In this document: positions 21,053 through 30,861 of the stretch, piece by piece
How the letters are laid out: every line of letters starts with the position of its first letter
How positions within the stretch are numbered: position 1 is the stretch's first letter
From: Macrostomum lignano
Lineage: Eukaryota
DNA: 38,150 nucleotides
Direction: 5' to 3'
Assembly (NCBI GenBank): GCA_002269645.1
Contig: NIVC01004685.1
Location: forward strand, 1-38,150
Program-made: the position numbers and the translations under genes
Notes under the pieces: generated by a model
What the model saw: only the letters and a program-made list of their open reading frames with translations
Told to the model about the DNA's origin: nothing
The model's database searches: none

Positions 21053-24000
21053 TCACACGGCGGCAGCCGCGCCAGTCGATGTGGCGCCGTCTTCAGCGGC
21101 GGCGGACTCCTCGGCGGCGTCCTTCTTATCGAACAGGTCGAACAGCGGCTGCCGGGCCCGCTCCAGCACGTCGGCCGTGGCCCGCACCAGGCGGCGATGG
21201 TCGGCCAGGGCGCTGCGCTGGGCGGCCTCTTCGCGTTTCAAATTCCTGACGGTGTCGCGCAGCTGGCGCACCTCGGCGGTGGCCGCCTGCTTGGCCGACT
21301 GGCCGGCGGCCAGGCGGACGACCGCCTCGGTCAGTTGGGCAGCGGCGGCCGACAATCGGCGAAGGGCGTCGTCGCGCTCCTGCTTAGCGCGGCGAAGGAC
21401 CGCGGCGGCAGACTCGCCGGTTTCCGAGACGACGGCTACGGAAGCGGAGGCGGCTGTGGCCGACAGCAGGTCGCGGTTGCCGCCAGTGACAAGAATCTCA
21501 GCCTGCGCATGTAGGGGAAGCGGTGCCATTGCTGGGGCTGTGCGGACACCTCTACAGGCAGATTCATGTACAATAAAGGCCTACTCTGCCTAGCACCCAC
21601 TTCACTTCGCCTAGCACCCACCCCACTCCGCCTAGCACCCACCCCACTCCGCCTAGCATCCACCCCACTCCGCCTAGCAACCACCCCATTCCGCCTAGCA
21701 CCCACCCCACTCCGCCTAGCAACCACCCCATTCCGCCTAGCACGGGTGCACGACAATTGACTGCCACAATTTGACTGCGGTCAATTTGACTGCGGACAAT
21801 TTGACTGCCGAGCAATTTGACTGCCAACAAAATGACTGCGGACAAAATGACTGCCAACAATTTGACTGCCGACAAAACGACTGCCAACAAAATGACTGCG
21901 GACAAAATGACTGCCGACAATTTGACTGCCGACAAAATGACTGCCAACAAAATGACTGCCGACAAAATGACTGCCGACAATTTGACTGCCGACAAAATGA
22001 CTGCCAACAAAATGACTGCCGACAAAATGACTGCCAACAAAATGACTGCCGACAAAATGACTGCCAACAAAATGACTGCCGACAAAATGACTGCGGCAAT
22101 TTGACTGCCGACAATATGACTGCGGCAATTTGACTGCCAGCAAAATGACTGCGGACAAAATGACTGCCGGGCAATTTGACTGCCAGCAAAATGACTGCCG
22201 GAAAAATGATGCTCCTAAAGTTAAACACTCTGTCACCCCTTTTAAGTCCATGCATGTAGTGAAATATTGCATTTAGAATGATGCAGAACAGAATACATAA
22301 CCTTTATAATACAACAAGCTGTTGAAACCCGCGGATTTTGAACCCGGGGAATTCCAATCCCAGGAACTATTTTGCATATATTCTAAAATCTGAGGTTAAA
22401 CTCGCACAAAAACTTTTATTAGTTAGGATAGAGTTAGACATAACAAAGAGTGTATTCGTGTAAAACTCGGTGATCTTGAAAATTCTTAAATTTATGCATA
22501 CAGTACGAGCGTATTTTTGAAATCACCCATTTAAATAATAGGTGTAAGGTGTATAGTGTAACGTTATATATTATGGTAATTTATAAGGGGTATCCCTTAG
22601 CTGCACCATGGCGTTACTAAATCCAAGCGTTACTAAATTCAAGCGTTACTAAATTCACGGTTGCTAAATTTCGGTTACTATAAGTTCAAGGGCACCCACG
22701 TCCCACAAACTTGGCTTTTGAAGCCGGGATTGGCAGACTATAACCTCAAAGGCCAGATACGAGTAAAGAATCCTGCTTATGGCTGTGGGCCAGATGAGAG
22801 CGGAAAGGAGAATGAAAAGACTATTAGAAGAGAGGAGAGGCGAGAGGGGGTAAGAAAAAAAGATAAAAGATAAGAGGGGTGAGGAGAGAGCAGAGACAAG
22901 TGAGAGGAGGGGAGAGAGGAGGGAGAGGAAAGAGTAGAGGTGAGAAGAGGGAGAGACAAGAGGGGAGAAATGAGACAGGATCGATGAGAGAGGATCAAGG
23001 AAAGAGATTAGAAAGAGATTAGAAAGGATAGAGAAGAGAGGAGATAAGAGGGGGGAGAAAGATGAGTGAAAAAGAGGAGATAGAGATAAGAGAGAGAGTT
23101 GAGAAAGAAGACAGGAGAAAGGAGAGATGATAGAGTAAAGGGAAGAGAAGAGCGGAAAGAGATGAGATTGTAGAGATGAGAGATGGAAGGAGAGATGAGA
23201 GAGTAGAGATGAGAGAGATGAAAGGAGAAATGAGAGAGTAGAGATGAGAGATGAAGGAGAGAGCAGAGTGCAGAGAGACGATAGAAGAGAGTATAGGGAG
23301 AGAGTATAGAAGAGGGAAAAGAAGAGAATTAAGGAAAAAGAGGAGTCATAAGAGGGGAAAGAAAATTTTTTTACAGAGGATTACAGAGGAGAGAGGTGAG
23401 AGAACATACGAGTATAAGAGAGTAAAGATGACAGATAAGAGAGGGGAGATGAGAGAGCAGAGACGATGAGAGAGAGGAGACGAGAGACGAAAGAGAAGTG
23501 AGAAAACAGAAGAGAAAAAAACAGAAGAGAAAATAGAAGTTTCAAATGATGCAAGGGGCATAGGGAGAGGCAGAGGTAGAGGCCAGAGTTTTCCTGACAT
23601 TCTGTGTGGCACCCCAGCCAACAATATCAGTTTTCCTCAAATCCGAATTTTACACGAATGCACTGTATTTTGTGTTTAACTCTATCCTAACTAATAAAAG
23701 TTTTTGTGCGAGTTTAACCTCAGATTTTAGAATATATGCAAAATAGTTCCTGGGATTGGAATTCCCCGGGTTCAAAATCCGCGGGTTTCAACAGCTTGTT
23801 GTATTATAAAGGTTATGTATTCTGTTCTGCATCATTCTAAATGCAATATTTCACTACATGCATGGACTTAAAAGGGGTGACAGAGTGTTTAACTTTAGGA
23901 GCATCATTTTTCCGGCAGTCATTTTGCTGGCAGTCAAATTGCCCGGCAGTCATTTTGTCCGCAGTCATTTTGCTGGCAGTCAAATTGCCGCAGTCATATT

Positions 24001-27000
24001 GTCGGCAGTCAAATTGCCGCAGTCATTTTGTTGGCAGTCATTTTGTCGGCAGTCATTTTGTTGGCAGTCATTTTGTCGGCAGTCAAATTGTCGGCAGTCA
24101 TTTTGTCCGCAGTCATTTTGTTGGCAGTCATTTTGTCGGCAGTCAAATTGTTGGCAGTCAAATTGTTGGCAGTCATTTTGTTGGCAGTCAAATTGCTCGG
24201 CAGTCAAATTGTCCGCAGTCATTTTGCTGGCAGTCAAATTGCCGCAGTCATTTTGCTGGCAGTCAAATTGCCGCAGTCATTTTGCTGGCAGTCAAATTGC
24301 TCGGCAGTCAAATTGTCCGCAGTCAAATTGACCGCAGTCAAATTGTGGCAGTCAAATTGTGGCAGTCAATTGTCGTAGACCCGCCTAGCACCCACCCCAC
24401 TCCGCCTAGCACCCCACTCCACCTAGCACTCATCTCACTCCGCCAATCAATCATTCTTACCTTCATCGCATCGTCGTCGTCCTCGCCCTCGCCCGCCGGC
24501 TCCTCGGCAAAGTCGGTCAGACAGCGGTAGCGCAGCATCGGCAGCTCCGAGCTGCGCCGAGACGACGAAGCTGTCGCCGAAGAGGACGCAGCCAGAAGCT
24601 CGGCCAGCCGACGCGCCTGATAGCGGCTGCGCAGGGTGCCGAGGCCGTGCAGCAGGTCCTCGAGGTCGCGGCACAGCAGGTAGCCAGCCCGGTCCCGGTC
24701 GAAGTACACAAACGACAGCAGCAGGTCCGGCCTGAAAGTGCGCAGCGACTGCGAGCCAGCCGAAGACGACGCTGTCGGCTTTGTCGGCGTGGCCTGTCGA
24801 CGGGCGCGCTTCTCCGGCGGCTGGTCGGCAGCGTCAGCCGAGGCATCGGCAGCGGCAGCAGCGTCAGCTCCGTCGGCGCCGTTCTCTGCGGACTTTTCTT
24901 CCTCGGCAGCGGCAGCAGCAGCGGCAGCGGCCGCCTCAGCCTCCGCCTTGGCCTGCAAAACCACGTGAAATTGCTCAATTATATCTTTGTCAAAGAGAGT
25001 GTACATGCTTGACGAATAGAGTCAGTGCCGCTGTACACCCTGTGTGAGCGGTGCATGAGTGCGTGTCTGTATGTGCTCAGGGAATAGGTAGAAGTGCTTC
25101 AGCGCTGGTTGGGGGAGGATCTTGGCAGTACCGACACTACATGCCTGCGCCCAAACACCATACAGCATAAACAAACCTTCGCTTTGCGCTCCAAAGCAGC
25201 CGAGATGTTGAACGCGCAGTCGCGACTCAGCATATCGTTGAACTGTTCGGCAAACATTGACACCTCGAATGTGTGCTCCCTGGAGGCGTCCAGTCTGTAG
25301 GCCAGCAGCTGGGCTAGGGGTATCAGCTGACAGTCCAGCCTGCAATTGCGAGCTGTCCGACTTGGAGTGACAAACAGGGCCGGCGCGTCTGGCAGCTTGT
25401 GCATCCGCCGCAGCCGGTCCTTCTCAGCCTCCGTCAGCTCCTTGGGCGGCGGCGGCGGCGCGGGCATCGCCGAGGCGGCGTCGTCCTTTGAAGCCTCCGT
25501 CCCGTCGTCGGTCTTTGCTTTTTCGTCCGATTTTTTCTGCTCCCCGTCGTCTTGCTGCTTCTCTTTTTCTTGCTCTTCTTGTTGCTGCTTTTGCAGAGCC
25601 TCTTCTAGTCTGGCGATGAGCTGCGCCTTCAAGCCTTTGTTGCTGAGGCCGCGCAGTTCGAGTTCGCGCCTGAGATCCGGCACCTTCATGCCTGGCAAGT
25701 CGGCTGGGTTGAGCTAAAATTATTATAAAGCGGCACCGATGACGTCATTATTAATAACCATATTTATCGGGTTGCTACACATAAAAACATACTTTATAAA
25801 GTCAAGCAGAGCAAGGTATGTTTACGCATAATCCCCAACAGCCCATTAGCCTCTCCCTGACTGATTTCATCTCAAAATTAATGATTTCAGATTTTTGGTG
25901 ATTTTTTGCAATCCGCCAGCCTTTATTTCGTGCCTTTGTCGGTGCTTCAGACGCTGCCGTCTCCATTTCCTCCTGCTGCTCAGAAGATTCTTCTTCAGCC
26001 ATTTCCTGCTGCTGGTTCTCGCCGGTCTCATCTTTATCGCCAGTTGCAGCTTCCTTCGCTTCATCGTTGTTGCCTTCGCCTTCGCCCTCGCCGTCAGTTT
26101 TTGACGCCTGCTGCTCAGGCGACGGCGGCGGAGTTGGCGGCTTGGGCGGCTCAAGCAGCAGCTCGAGTCGGTCTTCCCAGGCCTGGCAGCGCACCTGCCA
26201 TTCCTCGTCGCCGCCGGGCATGAGGCTCCACACGTCCGGCAAATAGACCACAACGGTCTCTTCGGCTGGCGGCCGCTGCTTGTCTGGTCGGCCGGTGCGG
26301 AAATAGCGATACTCCATGAATTTACACCTGAAATATATTATTTTATTGTAGCGGCAATTGTGTTGCTGGGTCTGAGGGCATGCGCTAGCGATTCTCTGTC
26401 TGCACTGCATTCAGCACTTTGAGCAGCTTTTTTCCATTAACAAACTGCCTATGTGGCGGAAGTGGCGGAACAGATTGTAAATGCTTTTTTGATCTGTGAC
26501 GCTTCGAGACTATCTGTCACATAGGCTCAGTAGCAAGTTAACCAGCGCAGTGATACTCAGCATTGTTGATAGCAGTTTACGAGTAGAAGATTTGCCAAAT
26601 TAAATTGAATGCAATTAAGTAAATACGAAATTACCTCTGTTTAGTGACCTTTATGGTAGTAATTTTTGCCAAGCTTGACAATATTTGTATACGGCAATGA
26701 TGCTTTTTAAAACAAGGATTGGGTGGCCCAGCAACTGGGGATCTGGGAGGCTGGCCCAGCAACTGGGGATCTGGGAGGCTGGCCAAGCAACTGACACTCT
26801 GGGAGGCTGGCCCAGCAACTGGGGATCTGGGAGACTGGCCCAGCAACTGAGGATCTGGGAGGCTGGCCCAGCAACTGAGAATCTGGGAGGCTCGCCAATC
26901 AACTGAGGATCTGGGAGGCTGGCCCAGCAACTGAGGATCTGGGAGGCTGGCCCAGCAACTGAGGATCTGGGAGGCTGGCCTAGCAACTGACACTCTGGGA

Positions 27001-29199
27001 GGCTGGCCCAGCAACTAAGGATCTGGAAGGCTGGCCCAGCAACTGAGGATCTGGGAGGCTGGCCCAGCAACTAAGGATCTGGAAGGCTGGCCCAGCAACT
27101 GACACTCTGGGAGGCTGGCCCAGCAACTGGGGATCTGGGAGGCTGGCCCAGCAACTGAGGATCTGGGAGGCTGGCCCAGCAACTGGGGATCTGGGAGGCT
27201 GGCCCAGCAACTGGGGATCTGGGAGGCTGGCCCAGCAACTGACACTCTGGGAGGCTGGCCCAGCAACTGAGGATCTGGGAGGCTGGCCCAGAAACTGGGG
27301 ATCTGGGAGGCTGGCCCAGAAACTGGGGATCTGGGAGGCTGGCCCAGCAACTGACACTCTGGGAGGCTGGCTCAGCAACTGAGGATCTGGGAGGCTGGCC
27401 CAGAAACTGAGGATCTGGGAGGCTGACCCAGCAACAGACACTCTGGGAGGCTGGCCCAGCAACTGGGGATCTGGGAGGCTGGCCCAGCAACTGGGGATCT
27501 GGGAGGCTGGCCCAGCAACTGAGGATCTGGGAGGCTGGCCAAGCAACTGAGGATCTGGGAGGCTGGCCCAGCAACTGAGGATCTGGGAGGCTGGCCCAGC
27601 AACTAAGGATCTGGAAGGCTGGCCCAGCAACTGAGGATCTGGGAGGCTGGCCCAGCAACTAAGGATCTGGAAGGCTGGCCCAGCAACAGACACTCTGGGA
27701 GGCTGGCCCAGCAACTGAGGATCTGGGAGGCTGGCCCAGAAACTGGGGATCTGAGAGGCTGGCCCAGCAACTGGGGATCTGGGAGGCTGGCCCAGCAACT
27801 GGGGTAAATGGGATAACAGGGATTTCAAGTCCAACTGTTAAACCAGCTTAAGCTCGGATATTTTCTTCCAGAATTTTCAGAGGTTTCAGAATAAACAAGC
27901 CAGGCAATTTACCAGTTGGTGCAGCCAGACAGATCCACTCCAATCAGCCGCTTAACGTGCCGCACAGCGGTATTGATTAGCACCTCCGGATCGCCCTCGG
28001 GATCCTCGCCGTCCATTGAAGGACTCCAAGGCCCGCCCAGGGCCAGAGGTTCGCCGCTTCGTCCGCCGGAAATGCCGCACAAGAATTGCAGATTCCGCTG
28101 CACGGAGGTGCACCGGTTGCGCACTTCCGCAGTGTCATGGGCCAGGGCGCAGGTGCGGCTGTACAGCTGGTCGAGCGGCGGGCTGGCCAGCAGCATCACC
28201 TTTGCGCAGTAGCGATAGTCCTGGTCGGCCGGCTCGGCAGCGTTCATGGCCTCTTGCTGGTCGAGCGAATCCACCTGGTTTTTATGGAGGTGCAAAGCTG
28301 ATATTTACTAACTAGGAATGCATGACGATAATCGAGCATTTGGAGAGGACGGCACTGATGATGGGAACGGAATTTAGGATCTGGAAAGGCTGGTGACCCA
28401 ATCTGAGGATCTGGAAAGGCTGGTGACCCAATCTGAAGATCTGGAAAGGCTGGTGACCCAATCTGAGGATCTGGAAAGGCTGGTGACCCAATCTGAAGAT
28501 CTGGAAAGGCTGGTGACCAAACTCAAGCATCGATGAGAAAGGCAATCACAGATTTCCAAGCAGACCCAGTCGCAACGCTATCAAATCAAGAGGTCTTACC
28601 TCTTTTGGGAAAATGTGAAAGGCGCAGTGCCGGCCCAGTTGAAACGGCTGGTCAATGGGAAACTCGTCCAGCCAGGTGTTGCTAACGTGATAAAAATCCG
28701 ACGGCAGGTATAGCCTTGGATAGCGCTGGCGCAGGTCCATTACGCTAAACTGCGGCAGCGCGAATAGCCTAGTTGGCACGGACACAGCGTAATTAGACGA
28801 AGTCGAGGGCTGGTGCCGGCTAGACGAAGCTTCGCGCTTAACGCCATTGCCTCCGCTGCTGCGGCCGTAGCCGCGATTCGAATACGCGTCCCTCCTAGAC
28901 GGCATTGGCGGCGGCTGCTGCTGCTGGTGATGCCGATGCCGCGAAGGCGGAGGCGGCGGAGGCGGCTGATGATGCTGCTTGGTGCGCACCTCAAGCCGGT
29001 CAGCATTCCATTTGATTGGCATGTTAGGCGTGTAATTAGCCGACACGAACACGTGATCACCCGCCCGGGGCTGTACTCCGGACACGACTTCTCTGAGGAA
29101 GAATATCTCGTCGTCTACATAGCCAAAATTGCCAAACATTTTAGTGACGGTGCCATACACTGATTTGTGCATGGCCGTTTTCTGATGCCCGCCGAACAT
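21053..29199 (-). CDS. CCAR1: Cell division cycle and apoptosis regulator 1 (CCAR1/CARP-1; DBC1 family), ~944 aa
   Basis: Exons (minus strand): 29199-28600, 28274-27913, 26327-25934, 25713-25177, 24952-24461, 21502-21053 (TGA); 2835 nt, phases consistent. Domain order matches CCAR1: S1-like (GTVTKMFGNFGYVDDEIFF...YTPNMPIKWNA), LAIKA-like (DLRQRYPRLYLPSDF), DBC1/Nudix-like (YCAKVMLLASP...GGPWSPSMDGEDP...GVDLSGCTNWCKFMEYRY), SAP (MKVPDLRRELELRGLSNKGLKAQLIARL), EF-hand-like (LLSFVYFDRDRAGYLLCRDLEDLL) and a C-terminal coiled coil. The start codon is uncertain because an acceptor-like AG sits just upstream of the ATG, so upstream exon(s) or trans-splicing are possible. Confidence 0.92.
21590..21743 (+). 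repeat. Intronic minisatellite, 21-bp unit CCGCCTAGCACCCACCCCACT; left part of an array split by the foldback element
   Basis: The array resumes at 24383-24442 on the other side of the insertion. Confidence 0.92.
21744..24382. mobile_element. Non-autonomous foldback-type / Mutator (Phantom-like) DNA transposon, 2639 bp, in CCAR1 intron 5
   Basis: Termini are GGGTGCACGACAATTGACTGCC and its near-complement GGCAGTCAATTGTCGTAGACCC. There is a perfect 9-bp TSD GCCTAGCAC (21735-21743 and 24383-24391). Long inverted arms (21744-~22470 and ~23643-24382) each contain a ~15-bp CAAAATGACTGCCGA-type tandem array plus ~250 bp of near-identical unique sequence. The centre shows no transposase. Confidence 0.88.
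22800..23545 (+). repeat. GA-rich low-complexity tract in the centre of the foldback element
   Basis: Almost pure purine run on the + strand. Confidence 0.9.
26720..27805 (-). repeat. Intronic minisatellite, 28-bp unit (+ strand GGCCCAGCAACTGAGGATCTGGGAGGCT)
   Basis: About 38 copies in CCAR1 intron 27912-26328. Confidence 0.96.
28375..28520 (-). repeat. Intronic minisatellite, 30-bp unit (+ strand ATCTGAGGATCTGGAAAGGCTGGTGACCCA)
   Basis: About 5 copies in CCAR1 intron 28599-28275. Confidence 0.94.
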
Positions 29200-29699
29200 T
29201 GCTGCTGTCGAATAATATCATGCAATGTATCAGTGCAAGCGTCATATGAAAAAAAATCAACTTCCTTTGCAGCTATTGCATATTAAAGTCCTAGTATAGA
29301 GTTCCACCATAAGAATAATTCTACTAGAGATGGACACTTTCAAAGAAATTAAAATCACCAGATTACACCTAAACTAATAGAGCTGTTATTAAAAAAATTG
29401 CTGTTTATAAGAAATATTCATGCACAAAAAGCCTATTTATGCTTCTAGATTGATTTCTAATTGCCTAAATAATAATAAGGGTTGTATAGCATTTTTGTTT
29501 CAGTTAGCAAACATTTGCTCAAAGTCTATGCAAAGATACAACTACTTCAATTTTGACTAACTATTACTACTCATTACTTATAGCCTTCACCTTGAAATGT
29601 TACCAAAAACAATACAGATCTTTTTTATTGAAAGCATTCAAGATAAGGCTAATATAAATAAATTTACATGTTGACAGTATTACAAAATTGTTACCTGGG

Positions 29700-29830
29700 T
29701 ATGCCTGCTATATGGGGGATGCTTGCTATCTGCAGTTGCTTACTCTTGGAGGGGGGTGCTTGCTATCTAGGAGATACTTGCTATCTATGATATGCTTGCT
29801 ATCTAGGGGGATGCTTGCTTTCTTGGGGGT
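29700..29830 (+). repeat. Degenerate short tandem repeat with GATGCTTGCTATCTAGGG core
   Basis: About 6 recognisable TGCTTGCTATCT cores upstream of the CCAR1 ATG. Confidence 0.7.
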
Positions 29831-30218
29831 TTTCTATTTAGGGTGAATGTCTATTATCTTTGTGAAAGCTTTATTTTGTTGCTTTTGTTAGTTTTAGAAA
29901 AAGATATTCATAGCAAACATCTTTGTCTGTGACAATTTTACTTGAATAAGGTGATTTATAAAACTGAAAAAGGAATTGGTTCTTAAGAAAATGTGTGTTT
30001 ATTTTTTTCCATGAATAATGTTTGCTTCTTGCTTATTGGGCACCCCAAAGGGGGCACTAGATTGCTAGTTAAGAGCTAAAACCAATAAACTACCTAGAAA
30101 TAATTATATAAAATATACTATTTTGTTTGTCTTTAAAAGTTATTCAGTCAATATGTCTTGTAGATTTAAAAAAAATATATTTTCATAAACATAATCATTT
30201 ATTTTCTTTGGTTATGCC

Positions 30219-30861
30219 TAGTGTTCCGCCGTAGCCGTAGCTACAGCTATGGGATCCTACGGCAAATACAGTAAAATAGGTGCCTACGGCAGCTACGGAT
30301 ATGCCTACGGTAGCTAGCTGCTCTTACGGCTACGACTACGGAAATATGGTATTTGCTGTCACATTCCGTAGATTCCCGTAGCCATAGTTATTAATGTTAA
30401 AAATTGATAAAAATATTAGAAACAGGTAGAGTAAAACAAATATACGTTTAGTAAACTGTATTATCAACCTAGAAACTTATAGAATATACCTGAAAAAGTA
30501 CAATAAAACACTAGCAAACTCTAATTTTTATTAATGTAAAAAAATTTAGCGTTAGTACTTTCAGTAACGATTAAGTATTGTTGCTCTGAAAAAAGACAAA
30601 ATATAATCTTACAAAGGCAATCGAGTGTTTCTTTTATTTTCTAATTTAATTTGCAGTTGTTTAAGCACTAGGTTATCGTCTTGATTCAAAATATTTTACT
30701 TTTTAGTCTTTTTGTTAAAACTACGGCTACGGCTATGGGAACTATGGGAATATGGTAATTTCGGGGTCCCTATGGCTACGGATATGGAGAATTGGAATAA
30801 GCCGTAGTTTTGCTTACGGCTACGGCTACGGTACATGGACCCTCCTTACGGCGGAACACTA
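30219..30861. mobile_element. Non-autonomous hAT-type MITE, 643 bp
   Basis: Perfect 15-bp TIR TAGTGTTCCGCCGTA / TACGGCGGAACACTA and perfect 8-bp TSD GTTATGCC (30211-30218, 30862-30869). Subterminal TACGGC/CCGTAG repeats cluster at both ends around an AT-rich core. An 8-bp TSD with TAG termini is typical of hAT. Confidence 0.88.

Noticed and set aside
20825-21593. 229-aa and 191-aa plus-strand ORFs, and similar antisense ORFs over other GC-rich exons (e.g. 268-666, 16786-17130, 24517-25047)
   Set aside because: They are shadow ORFs caused by high GC3 codon usage on the coding strand, with no recognisable domains.
21737-24530. Mirror-image ORF pairs (e.g. 21781-22272 minus and 23841-24530 plus) suggesting a duplicated gene
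   Set aside because: They are translations of the two inverted arms of the foldback element; the apparent protein is a 15-bp repeat read in several frames.
26631-27834. Long ORFs of LGQPPRSSVAGPASQ repeats
   Set aside because: They come from the 28-bp intronic array. CCAR1 exons splice across it in phase (27913>26327, TG|G = Trp).
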